DNA from: the human T2T-CHM13v2.0 reference genome, Homo sapiens
Direction: 5' to 3' (one strand)
Assembly: GCF_009914755.1 (NCBI RefSeq)
Contig: NC_060939.1
DNA length: 64,000 nt
Shown here: piece by piece, positions 46,280-60,544 of the stretch
How the letters are laid out: each line of letters opens with the position of its first letter
Position numbering within the stretch: position 1 is the stretch's first letter
Notes under the pieces: generated by a model
Told to the model about the DNA's origin: nothing
What the model saw: the letters and a program-made list of their open reading frames with translations, nothing else
Databases searched by the model: none
Program-made: the position numbers and the translations under genes

Positions 46280-46730
46280 GGATAAAGCCTCTAGGCTCCT
46301 TAGTATGGCACTTGAAGATCTTCATTTTTCTGGCTCAAGCTTTGTTTTTTTCTCATCTTCATCTCTACCAAGTATCCCACACTCTGGCCATATCCCCGTG
46401 ACTCCCTATTTCTAGAGCTAATATTCACTTTCACAAGTTTTTGCCTTTCCTAGATGACACTGAATTTCTTCTTATCCGTCAAGGATTAGCTTATGCTTGA
46501 CATCTGTAGCTTCGGAAATAGACATTCACTGCTTCTTTTGTATTTCCTTAATGATCTGTGCAGCTCGCTGAGCAGCATACCTTAGTACCATTTATCATAG
46601 ACATTTGTGTACACCTCTCTCTTTTTCTGCTGAATTATAAATTCCTTGAGGGCAGGTCTCCTTGTTATTTATATTTCTATCTGTATCTTCTACAATATGC
46701 CTGAAATATAGCAACATTCAGTAAATTAGC
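46280..46730 (+). mobile_element. L2 3' fragment
   Basis: ctccttagtatggcac..., ataaattccttgagggcagg...tgcctgaaatatag...cagtaaat. Confidence 0.55.
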
Positions 46731-46888
46731 ATTTCTTGACTGGCAATCCCTTACCTTTCTTTTGCTTCTTTTTTTTCTTTTTCTTTTTCTTTTAATGCTC
46801 ATTTCCTAACATCCCCCTTACCTTTCAAGAAAGGAGTACTGTCATTGTCTGCTGGAAGATACAGAACTCCTGTTGAAAAGTAAATTTA

Positions 46889-47205
46889 GGCTGGGCTCAG
46901 TCGCTTAACACCTGTAATTCCAGCACTTTGGGAGGACAAATCAGGAGTATTGTTTGAGACCAGGAGTTCAAGACCAGCTTGGACAAAATAACAAGAGCTC
47001 GTCTCTACTTAAAAAAAAAAAAAAAAAAAAAAATTCAGCTAGGCGGGTCGTGGTGGCATGCACCTGTAGTCCCAGCTACTTAGGAATCTGAGACAGGAGG
47101 ATAGCTTGAGCCCAGGAGGTAGAGGCTGGAGTAAGCCATGATGATGCCCCTGTAGTTCAGCCTGGGTGACAGAGTGAGACCCTGTCTCAAAAAGAAGAAA
47201 AAAAA
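46889..47205 (+). mobile_element. AluJ
   Basis: Full Alu; flanking agtaaatttag repeat. Confidence 0.85.
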
Positions 47206-47534
47206 TAGTAAATTTAGAGATGAAACCTGGCTTTGGCCCCAGTCTTGAAATAAGAGTCTTAGATCTTCTCAATAGGGGTGGAGGACTTTAGTGAGTGGCT
47301 TCAATTTTGAGAACCATATATAAGCCTAACAACTAATTTTTTGTGATCCCTTTTTGAAAACTTGTTTATCTCACTAATATGTGATTTATTACTCTTTGAA
47401 ATAGGAGCATATTACATGTTCTGTTTATTACTCTATCAGGAGCTTGTTACTTGGGGAAGTGGTTGTAGTTGGCAGTCATCCCAAGGTACTTTCAGCCAGT
47501 AGAAGAAACTATAGGCATTTAACCTACTGTAATT

Positions 47535-47828
47535 GTTTGTTGAGACAGGATCCTGTTCTGTTGTGCAGGCTGGAGTGCAGTGGCATGATCGTGGCTTACT
47601 GCAGCCTTGGCCTCCTGCGCTCAAATGATCCTACCACCTCAGCCCCCCAAGTAGTCGGGAGTACAGGTGCACACCACCACACCTAGCTAATTTTTTTATT
47701 TTTATTTTTTTGTGGAGATGGGGTCTCAGTTTGTTGCCCATGCTGGTCTTGAGCTCCTGGAATTAAGCATTCCTTCCACTTGGGCCTCTGAAAGTGCTGG
47801 GATTACAGGTGTGAGCCACCATGCCCCA
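47535..47828 (-). mobile_element. AluJ (inverted relative to the Alu at 46889, ~330 bp away)
   Basis: Full antisense Alu. Confidence 0.85.
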
Positions 47829-49577
47829 CGTATAATGTTTTTATAAACAGTTAAGATTTTAAGTGGAGGTAGTAGCGGGACAGGTAGGGTGGAAAGGGTT
47901 AGCCATTGTAAGCATTTCTTAGGGTACATGAATTCCTCTCAATTGTTTCTAATTTCACAAAAATCTCAATGTTTTTATTTCCAAATAGAACAACATTCTT
48001 GGTTTCACAATATAGTTGGTTGAGTTTTAAGTTGTTGTATATCTTTGGCATCTAGCATAATGCTTTGCCTGAAGGAGGCATTAAGAAATATATATTGAAT
48101 ACGTGAATGAATGAAAGCTATTTCTTACCAAACTCAGGACTAAAATGAGGATTTTTTTTTTTTTGGTAATGCAACAAGGAAGGAAAATAGAAAACAGTAA
48201 GCATGTTTATTTTGCTCTCTGTTTATGTTGCATGATAGCAGTTTTAAACAATTCTCAAACAATTAAATGTCTGATTGAGCTTTGGTTTAGGCTGACAGTA
48301 CTTTGAACTTTTAGATTTGTTCTCTTTCTGTAGTTTTGGAAAATAAATATTCTTTTGGGTTCTGTTTACCTCATAGGATAGATAATGGTTATCCACCCTT
48401 TAACTGGAAGAATTAAAGATCAAAGGTTCAAAGTTCTATTCAAAAATTATAGTTTAGTTCCTCTTGTTGCAGTAACTTTAATGTACTTCATTCATTTATT
48501 TATGGAGTGAGCTACATAAACTAATAAACAAAACATAAGTGTATTTTAGTCCTGATGTTAGCTTCTGATTATGAAGAAAAACAGGTAATTTCTATGATTT
48601 CAACATCAAAATATACATTCTAGTAATTTTTGGTGAAATTGGCAGTGACATTAGTGGCATTAGCATCTTACAAACAACTATTATTACCTGCATACTGTCA
48701 TGGAAGCTATTTTGAAAATACTTAGGACCTGGTGAAGATGTGAATTATATTGGAAGAATCTGTAGTAAGTAGAAAAAAGCACAAGCCTGTAGGCAGATTT
48801 TTAGGAAAGGTCATACTGTCTATTTTTGCCTAGATTTTAATTTTTTTTCACTAATGCCTTGTATTCCATTAGTGATTGATTTGGGTTAATAAGTATAATC
48901 TGTCAGAATGTTAATATATTATTATAAATTAGTCAAGTTCTGTTGCTTAATTCCTAGCAGAGAAGTTTTGTGCGAGAAAGGTCAGTCATTTTGGCGTGTG
49001 GTGTACCATGGATGACAATTTACTGAATGGATGGGATCTATGATAAAGAGTTTAGCACCCTAAGCACCAGGTAAGCAGAGAGATGCTAGGCAATAGGAGA
49101 AGATTGTAAGATGAGAGAGAAGAGGAAAACAAAGATGTATTTCTTCCAGGCCTTAACTCAGAAAAATAGGAAAAAATGCCTTTTTCCTTCTCTCTTCTGT
49201 CCAGTTCCCAGACTTAGCATTTACATAGTTCCTTACTGTTTTGGATTCTGTCATGATTGTTTCCATAACATTGCCTCATTTTATCCTCAGAAAAAAAAGT
49301 GGGGCAGGTATTGTTAGTCCCACCTTATAGTTGAGGAAACTGAAGCATGACAAGATTAAGTATCTTTTTACTTGACACTATCAGTAGTGATAGGGAAGTA
49401 TTGGTATCCTTGACTCCAAAGCCTGTTTTTAACTATCATGTGTACTGACCCTGGGTCCTACATATACACATTTTCACAGGTAACCAATAAACTTTAGATT
49501 CCTTATGTAGCTGACTTTCAAATAAGATTATGGATCTCAGAGGTTGATGAATATTCTATTATTTTTTACTGTGGTAT

Positions 49578-49877
<300 letters not shown>

Positions 49878-50335
49878 CAGTAAATATTATTATGTAGTAT
49901 TTTCTAAGTCCAGATTTTCTTTTAATAATTATTTAAATGATATATGAGAGCTATAAGATCTTACCATCTGGGAGGTTACAGTTTATGTAATAATTGCCAT
50001 TCTCATGTCACTTATAATGCTTCGTTATTTTATTTTTCTCTATATAATTTAATAGCTGAGAAGGAAGTATTTTGGTTAATTGCAGTAGGGTAGCTGAGAA
50101 GAAGCTTGGGGACAGTATAATGAAGTAATTTATTAACAACTTTTATTGACTCCCTTTTTTGGGTGTGAGTTGATTTGAATACTAAAGGTTTCCAGATTTC
50201 ATCATTATTTGGCATCAGTGTCACTGCTAACCATGTCATGTAGGTTTGTTCTTTTAATGACACTTTTGTTTATGAGGAAAAACAGAGCTAAAGTAGAAAA
50301 AAAAAGCCTTATGTTAAAATTCAACTGTTAACACC

Positions 50336-50564
50336 TTTTTTTTTTCTTTCTTTTTCATTTTGAGACAGGGTTTTGCTCTGCCCACCTCTGCCTCCCAAGG
50401 AGCTGTGACTACAGGTGTGCACCACCATACCTGGCCTTTTTGTTTTGTTTTGTTTTTGGTCAAGACAGAGTTTCACTAGGTTGCCCAGGTTGGGCTCAAA
50501 CAATCCCCCTGCCTCTGCCTCCCAAAATGCCTCTGATTACAGGCATGAGCCACTGCACCTGGCC
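50336..50564 (-). mobile_element. Internally deleted Alu
   Basis: Antisense Alu with two deletions. Confidence 0.75.
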
Positions 50565-52289
50565 TTCTTAGCATCTTTAAAACCCAATAAAAGAGGTAGG
50601 AAAAAAAGGATCTTAACATCTTCTTTACTAGTAAAAATTAGGTCTATAATTAGATATTATTAACTTTGACAGAAAATAGCCTCAAGAGTTGCTATAATTT
50701 TAAGCTCTGCCATGAATGAGCAAAACTTCTTTGTTACTGTGGATTAGAGTTACTTTCCTACAAGTATGATCTGGGTTCAAATTCTGGCTCTTGTTTGTAA
50801 GCATCAGTTTCTTAATATATAAATGCGGATAGTAATTATACTTACATTGTAATATTGGTTTGAGAATTAAAGGACATACTTGATGCAGAAAGTAGTACCT
50901 GGCACATTGATAGTACTCTAGCATTTTCTGTTATTGGTAAATTAAAATTTGTAATAACATTTCCCCCAACTTTGGATGAAGGCCATTTTATTTCATTTAG
51001 AATCATGCCATTATTAATATGAAACTATTATTAAAATACTTGTATAATTTCCATAGTGGTTTTATAGACTATAAACATGGAACGCTTGCAGATATTTTAT
51101 AAAAATTGTTTTTATTTTGTGAAGAGTTTATATTTCAATAGTCTGTCCATAGAAATATAAGGGGGGGGAAGGCATATTAAATTAAGTTTTGTTGTTGATA
51201 ATTTCATTGAGTCATTTTTGTCTGTTATCTTTGTTCTATCAGTTCTTGCATTGCAGAAAGCTTATCTTGTATTCAGTACAATGATCAATTTAATTGGCTC
51301 TGCAGTGTCTAGGATGAGGTTGCTTGGCCAGGATATATTTGGCAGTGTGAGGAAGGCAAGCTTCTATGTTGATTATAACACTGCCTTGTCACCATTGTGT
51401 TCTTTCTAAGCACAGACACAGCTTGGTCCCCTGGCAGTGATATACAGCAAACGTCAATAACAACCTTTGTAAATGTTAAATAAAAGAGCAAATTGAAGGG
51501 CAGTGATTCATTAGGAAAGAATTTTGTCTGAGCAAATTAACTCTTATTTCTGTTAACCCATGTTAAAGAATCACTGACTGTCTCTTGAGACTTTGGATGC
51601 AGTTGAACTAGAAACTATACAGATGAAGGTCCTCTTTTCCCTTTAGTGGGTGCTTTGGATCAGCAGTATGTGCTCTTCATTTGAAATATCTTTTTTTTTC
51701 TTTTTTTGATATACTTTGACATCTTACCAATTTGATTAAGCTTCAGACAGTGCTGTTACCCTTAACTTGCCTCCCAGTTAACAGAAACCTTCTGAACTTG
51801 CCTGTGGAAAAATTTTTACCATTTTTCAGTTAGTGGTTGCGTTTTCAGTTTTAGATTTTTCAGTTAGTGGTTGCATTGTGCATATATGTGTTACTTCTTC
51901 AGACCTACTTGTCTAAAGTAGCCAGTATATTTTCAGATTTTTATGTCTAATGTGATTTTCTTTTCCAGTTTTTCTTGTCTTGTTTAACCAGTGTAAAGGC
52001 AATCTAAGTGTCTTTAGAGTTAGCTAGAATTCCAGAAACTGATTTTTAATTCTTTCACTAGCCATACTTGAATTTCCATATCTGTGTATGTACACACTTG
52101 CCTGAAGATATTTTATTTTTTCCTTAAGATAGAGGTAAAAAGAAAGTGTTCAGATTTTCAAAGCTAACATTTTTTTCCTTTTTTTTCCCCCAAAGGATAT
52201 AATGTATTATCTATCAACCACTCTCTCAGAATAACTTGTTTGTTTTATCATGTACTGTGATAGGTTAGTCATGAATTTGCAGTTAATGA

Positions 52290-52685
<396 letters not shown>

Positions 52686-54069
52686 ACAGCTTTTTTTTTT
52701 TAAGTATCTTCTTCATACTAGATACGATACTGTATGCTATTTTTGAGACTCCGTAGTCAAGTATAATTGTAAACCAGCTAGTAAAATTGAAGTTTCTTTT
52801 TTCATCCTTGTGTTATTTGGAAACAAAATTAAGAAATAGAGTCTCTTTTCTTCCTCCTACTTTATTCAACAGCCCTCACTCCATATGGATACTGTATACT
52901 TTGGATTTTAGAATATTTTAACTCTTAAAGGAATGGGCAGTGGAATCACAATATCACTGATTTAGCAGATCCTTGGTAAATATTCGTCATGTGATCCTGT
53001 GGCAATCCTAAATAGGAATTCACCTCTTTCTCTTAAGCTTTCCCATAGTACTTTATATCTCTTTAAAAAAATCAGTTGTTTACATTACTACATTGAAAGT
53101 TTTTTGGACCACCAACCTTGTTTCTGTCTCAGAACCTTAGCTAAATGCAGGGTATTCAAATATCCCATCCTTATTTCCTGTCATTTCTTGTCATGAGTCT
53201 TAGGTCCTACTACTATTTACCTGCTTATAATTACACATTTAGTTTGAAGTGTTTTATGTTTGCATGCTTTTCTTTCACATTATTCCCCCTAACTGAAATG
53301 CCCTTCATACATTTTTTTGCCTAATTAAATCTGTCAGTTCATTTATCAGTACTTACTGCATTTCTGCCATTTGCTAGATACTGCGTTGACTACTCGGATG
53401 TACATTGGTAATGGAAGCATTTATGACTTTGCCGTCCTGGAGTTTTCAACCCATGCTTGTCTTTTCTAGAAAGCCTTGCCTAAACTCCCAACTTGGATTC
53501 AGTGCTCCCTTGCTGTTTTGTCTGTGGCTCCCTGTATATGTTATGCTGAAATTTGCTGTTTGTGTACACTTGCTTTTAGGTTGGAGTTTTCTTGAAGATA
53601 GGATGTCTTGATTCATTTCTTCCCTTGGCCCTATCCAATATCTGATATATATCAAGTGCTCAATAATTGTTTGTTGAACTGCTTTTAAACTGTAGATAGA
53701 TTACATGATCCCTGCCATTGATGAGCTCTCAGGACTTACAGTTCTGTGTATGTTTTGGCTTTTGTTATAGTTGTTTGAATGCATATCTGTCTCTCCTGTT
53801 AGGTTGCCAGCTTCTTGAAGAATAAAATTTTATCAGCATATTTTATTTATATTATATGGACAATTATATTTCTATATTTTTTTGCTATGCCCCACCATAT
53901 CTAATTTTACATATGGGACCTGTAAGATTTTGATCCTTCTCCTAAAATGTTTTTGGTAAATGCTGATCTCCTGTGAGAGCCACCTGAGTGAGGAATCTCA
54001 ATGTGTAGGAAAGTGAGACATTCTTTAATGAGAGACTGGAAGAGTTTGGTTGTTAAGTGGGCTCAGAAA

Positions 54070-54232
54070 ATGTCTGTTGTGGCAAGCCTGTGGCCCCATC
54101 TACTCAGGATACTGAGGTTGGAGGATCACTTGGACCCAGGAGATTGAGGCTATAGTGAGCCATGATTGCACCTCTGCACTCTAGCCTGGGTGAAAAAGTG
54201 AGACTGTCTAAAAAAAAGAAAAGAAAGGAAAG
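54070..54232 (+). mobile_element. Alu right monomer (FRAM/AluJ fragment)
   Basis: ggaggatcacttggacccagg...tagcctgggtga. Confidence 0.75.
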
Positions 54233-54598
54233 GAAAATGCCTGTTGTCTCTCCTCTGCAAATGAGCTGATACTGAAAGGTAATCTGGAACAGGAGTTTTA
54301 TGGATATCTGTTTTTGAAACTGAAAGAAGTAGCATTTTGGCATGATCTGGAGCTGACATACATTCCAGAGGCTATATAGATGATGACATCTACCAGTGAG
54401 GCTACATGACTGACGTAGAAACTGAGGTTCTTTCGCTAGTCTAGGACAAAGATGAAGCTTAACTTCACTGATGGATAGAACCAGACTTTGTCACTGTTTA
54501 AATAATACATTTTTGGTTGTTTTCTAAATATGAATTCGGTTCACTCTGAAATTAGAGCAGTTCCATGAGTTCACTGAATTTATTTGAACAATAGTGTT

Positions 54599-55041
54599 TG
54601 CCATGGTTTGAATGATGGTATCTGCTCCAAAATTCATGTTGAAATTTAACCCTCAATGCAACAGTGTTAAAAGGTGTAGTTGGCCTGTGGGAGGTTATTA
54701 AATTATGACAGAGCTTCACTATCATAAATAGGATTAACGCCTTATGAAGTGGCTCAAGGTCGAAAGGCGCACCTTCTTGCCCTTCCACTCTTCTACCCTG
54801 TGAGGACACGGCGTTTATCTCTTGCCCTTCTGCCATTTGAAGATACAGTATTGCTCCCCTCAGAGGAGGCAGCAATAAAGTGCCATGTTGGAAGCAGAGA
54901 GCAACCCATATCAGATGCCAGTCCTGCTAGCCCCTTAATCTTAGACTTCTCAGTCTCTAGAACCATGAGAAATAAATTTGTATTGTTTGTAAATTACCGA
55001 TTCTATGGAATTTTTGTTACAGCAGCACAAATGGTCTGACA
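54599..55041 (+). mobile_element. Solo ERVL-MaLR LTR (MST family), 443 bp
   Basis: Starts TGccatggtttgaatg...ccaaaattcatgttgaaat and ends ...aataaattt...cagcacaaatggtctgaCA; perfect 5-bp TSD GTGTT at 54594-54598 and 55042-55046. Confidence 0.9.
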
Positions 55042-55624
55042 GTGTTCTTCTTTAAAAAGGAATAATGTTCATGGATACAGCTCTATTGTTCCTGGAATTC
55101 TTGGGGAAGATTCTTTGGAGTTTTGTGGAGTTATATATAACTTACTAGGTTGTCCTTGCCATATTTTTATGATGGTGAGTGAACACAGTATACCTATGGG
55201 TGAGATTAGAATAAAATAGAGATTTTTATTTGTGTATTACATATTTAGCCAACATTTATTGTCTACTATATGCTATTCTATTTAAAATGTTTTCACTTTT
55301 CCTGCTTCTTATCTCCTTGTTTCCTTGTACAAAAAAAAAAAAAAAAAACCACCCCCAAACCTGCCCATGCTTCATAGTCCTGTTCAAACATCACCTCATT
55401 TTTAAAGTCTTGCTTGATTTTTTTTTTTTCACATTTTTTTCACCATGGCACCTTTGAGGAAATAAAAATTTGCCTTGTGTTATAGCTTTAAGTCCCCTTC
55501 ATCAGAGCTTAAGCAATCTTAGGAGAGATGCATGTTTGATTTCCTGAAACATAATCACTGGACTTCATGTTTGTGGCCAAAAAACAAAACAGAAAGACAA
55601 TGTAATTCTCATTATAATGATCAT

Positions 55625-55870
55625 ATATACTAGTAACTACCGTTTGTTCAGCACATACCTGTAAGCCAGGCATTGTAAGAAGTGTTTATATTCATTATTT
55701 CATTCAATTCTTTTAACAGCATTATTTTATGGGTATAGAAACAAACTTGAGAAGTCAACTAACAAACTTGCTGCAGCGACTATTAAGTTGTGATTGAGGA
55801 AGTAGAACGAACTCAGATTTCTCTGACTCCAAAGTACATGTTCTTAAAATACAATGCTGTGCTACTACTA
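55625..55870 (-). mobile_element. MIR
   Basis: gccaggcattgtaagaagtgttt...ctctgactccaaag. Confidence 0.6.
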
Positions 55871-56747
55871 TAGTTTCTCAGCTTCAAAGAGAACCACCAG
55901 AAGAGCCAATTCATCCCATCATTTTATTTCCTGGTTTTGTTTTTGTTAGGACCTTTGGAATGTATCTGTTAAATACAATTAAATTTGGAATGCAGTATTT
56001 AGAAAAATGTGTATTCACTAGATCTCTTACAAACTGGTCATAAACTAAGCCTTCTAAGAGTGAGGCTCATAAATTAGGATGTGTTCATTAGTTGTAGAAA
56101 AAATTGAACAGAGATTTGAAAGGGATTTATTCTTTCTACATAAAATAGATAAGCAGAGCAGACCAACTAAAAAACAGCTTTTTAAAATAATTTAATGGAA
56201 AGGGGTCTCAGATTATTGTGGAGAAAAGGTTGAGTGGATGAGAAAATCAAACATTTAAACTAAATGCAAAATAATTACCAACATTGAAGCAAAAAAGACA
56301 GATGTCATTCACAACAATGAATGATACAATAGTAAACTTCCTGCCTTTATGTGTGTTTCTTTCTTGTTAAATTCAAACTTTAGCTCTTTGCTATGTCAGA
56401 AAATTTTTGCTTTTACATGGCTTTGATGATTTAAATGAAGTGAATGAGCATGAACGAAAATAATTCTTAAGTGAATGAAAGTCTGAGGCTTTTGCAATAG
56501 AAAGTATATAATTAGCATTATTTTTGGTAATGAGCTTTATTTTGAAGCTGAAACCACTGCTAACAATGTTTAAAATTTTTTAATTTCCTTGTTTCTTTAA
56601 ATGATTTATTTGGGATACTAACACAGAGTTAAATAACTTTGAATTCCATTGTAAGATTCTTTTAAAGTATTTTGTTTGAAAGTCTTTCATTTCTTCTAAT
56701 TAGGTAGACAATCTCCATTTGCTGCTAAGGCAACTCTACCACTTCTC

Positions 56748-57201
56748 TTTTTTTTTTCTTTTTTTAAGACAGGATCTTGCTTTGTTGTCCAGGCTGGAAC
56801 ATAGTGGCACAATCTCAGCTCACTGCAACCTCAGCCTCCTGAGTAGATGGGACTACAGGCGAGCACCACTACACTCAGCTAATGTAAAAAAAAAAAGTTT
56901 TAAGGCCGGGTGCAGTGGCTCATGCCTGTAATTCCAGCACTTTGGGAGGCCGAGGCGGGTGGATCACGAGGTCAGGAGATCGAGACCATCCTGGCTAACA
57001 CAGTGAAACCCCATCTCTACTAGAAAAGTACAAAAAACAAAAAAATAGCCGGGCCTGGTGGCAGGCGCCTGTAGTCCAAGCTACGCAGGAGGCTGAAGCA
57101 GGAGAATGGCGTGAACCCGGGTGAACCCGGGAGTCAGAGCTTGCAGTTAGCCGAGATGCGCCACTGCACTCCAGCCTGGGCGACAGAGTGAGACTCCGTC
57201 T

Positions 57202-57239
<38 letters not shown>

Positions 57240-57367
57240 TTTTTTTTTTTCATAGGGACACAGTCTCACATTGCCCAGGCTGGTCTCAAATTCCTGAGCT
57301 CAAGTGATCCCGCTACCTCAACCTCCCAAAGTGCTGGGATTATAAATGTGAGCCACTGTGTCTGGTT
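56748..57367 (-). mobile_element. Antisense AluJ split at its linker (56748-56884 and 57236-57367) by an AluY
   Basis: Right arm lies before the insertion and left arm after it. Confidence 0.82.
56904..57235 (+). mobile_element. AluY nested in AluJ, with a 10-bp internal duplication and A33 tail
   Basis: ggatcacgaggtcaggagatcgagaccatcctggctaacac; gtgaacccgg x2 at 57111-57130. Confidence 0.9.
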
Positions 57368-57913
57368 TAATTCTTGAGTCTCTCCTCTAAAGGCCTCTGG
57401 CTCAGAATCTAAAGCAGGAAGTTTCTGTTCATGGCAAATGCTGCTGATTTTCCATTCTGTTCTAGTGGAGTTTTTCATATACTTTGGTTTCCATGTTTTT
57501 GATTCCACTTTGTTCCATAGAGATTTATCATTTTCATTTCCTGTTACTTGATTTCAGCAAAACATTGATGTGAGGAAAATATTAAATAGTACAGCTATGA
57601 CAAACAATGCTGAGACTGGCTAGGGAATTTGGGAGCTAGCATGTTTGGGTATCTTTGGCTCCATCATCCCCTGTAGAATTCTGGGCACTCTGGTTGACTT
57701 CACCTTGGCCAGCATGATGGGGGCCTTCTTCATGGATCCGATTGAACTGGTTACCATGGGTGTTCCAGACTTCCCAGGTATTGCAGGTAACAGCTACATT
57801 CTTCTACAAAGTGAAGAAATGCAGGCAGCCACATTCCAGAAGTCCTTGTGCTGGCCTCCAACTGCTAATATCCTGTCAGTGCACTAACATTTTCACCAGA
57901 CACAATGGCTTGA

Positions 57914-58233
<320 letters not shown>

Positions 58234-59209
58234 AAAAATATTTATTTTTTCTTAGAGTGGTTGCATCAACCTGATTATATTTCTTTTTCCGCGACCGCCG
58301 TTATGTCTAAGCATTGCCTTAGCAGGAAGAAACTATCAACTGGATAGGAAATTTGAATGGGGTGATGATACAGATCCCACTGAGGACAGATAGCCAGGCT
58401 TTCATGCCCAGGTTCAGCAGCCTGACCAGATCGTTATGAAAAATTACTTGGAACTTTTATATGCAGGGAAACCTAAGAAAACCAAGTATGATTTGAGGCC
58501 TGAAATGTAACTGGTCTTGTTCTCCTTTATCCAGAGGTAAGGTCTGAAAATAAAATGTTGACTAAAGACTTTATAATATTTCTATAAGTTCTATTGTAGT
58601 AGATCCAGCTGTTAAGCCTGAATAAAATCATATGACTACTGCTGTGATTGGTAATAGGATGCACCCAGTTAACTTAAGGCCAACAACAAATGAAGCAATT
58701 ACTATTTTACAGTTACACGAGGCAAACCTACAGGTAGAATGAGTGATGAGACTCATGAAATAAATAAATAGAAAGTTATTACATATTAGCCTTTAAACTT
58801 AAAGATACCAGACAAGCCAACAATGAATTTCTGAACAGCCATGGTAATGGGCTAGTTAAGTTTTACTTTATTACTTTGTGACACATAGCTAATTTCTAGA
58901 AAGCAAGAAGTTTTCTCTTTACAGTGGTGAATTTAACATTAATACTTGTGTTTTCAGTAAATACAGAATGTGCTGTACTTAAATTTTTTTCTGCTTATTG
59001 TTTATGTAGTTTTAAAATTATTTTATAACCCTTTAAGTAAAAGGCATACACTCTTGTAAATAGAAGCAATTCTCAGCTTGTTTTCTTCACATATAGAAAA
59101 CTAAAACTGTAGAAAGATATTAAATCAACTAGTAACTCCAGTGAATATGGTATTTTATAATCTTTAGGTTTATCATACTTAGATTTTGTGTGTAGGGAAT
59201 CTGATTTTA

Positions 59210-59513
59210 GGTCTGGGCACAGTGGCTTACACCTGTAATCCCAGCACTTTGGGAGGCCAAGACAGGCAGATTGCATGGGCTCAGGAGTTCGAGACCAGCC
59301 TGGGCAACATGATGAAACCACGTCCCTACTAAAAATAACAACAACAACAAAGAAATGCTGGGCATGGTGGCATGCACCTGTAGTCCCAGCTACTTGGGAG
59401 GCTGAGATGAGAGGATCAGTTGAGCTCAGGAGGAGAAAATTGCACTGAGCTAAGATTGCGCCACTACATTCCAGCTTGGTTGACAGAGTGAGACCCCATC
59501 TCAAAAAAAACAA
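59210..59513 (+). mobile_element. AluJ
   Basis: Full Alu; flanking atctgatttt repeat. Confidence 0.85.
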
Positions 59514-60177
59514 AGCATCTGATTTTTTAAATTGAGACCTCAACAGTCCATAGTAATTTGTCATAAGTACAGTGTTTTTCTTCCAGAGGTGCTTCTTTGT
59601 TGAATCATCCTTATAAAGTTATTAGCAAAAATTTGGTTGAGCCTTCTACTTGCATTATAAAACCAAAAAGGTAACTGAATTTTTCAGATTTCATAATCTC
59701 TACTCTCCATCCTCTCCAGTATAACATGCTCTGTGTCAGTCCTATTGGAGAATCATTTCTCATGCATATTGCTTTAAGAAACAAAAAACTAAAACCCTTC
59801 CTTTAATCTACATATTGGAAAACCTCAGTTGCTGAAGTTAAATATGTTTCTCTGATAATGTCAGTCTTTGGCTCCTTAGTTAGATTCCATCTTTCTGTCA
59901 TTGATGTGCCCTAAACCAGCCTGCATCTACCAATCTTGGTTTACTACCAATCTTGCTTTATTATCTGATCTCCCTTAATATCTGGTCTCCCCAGTGATTC
60001 TCAAAAGGTCACAGTGAGGATCTCTATGCTACATGTTAATGTTTAATGGAAATTTTCTATGACAAGGCAGTACACAGAAACTATAAGATTATCAAGATTC
60101 TTTGTAATTGGCCATAATTTTATCTGTCCAATGTGGCTATTTTGTGTCTTGGGAACATGGGTAGGGTCCTTTCTTAA

Positions 60178-60544
<367 letters not shown>

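Noticed and set aside
58510-58545. Recursive splice-site-like tttatccagag|gtaagg
   Set aside because: The first AG after the pyrimidine tract is 2 nt before the donor-adjacent AG, so it is not a clean YAG|GT junction; no other support
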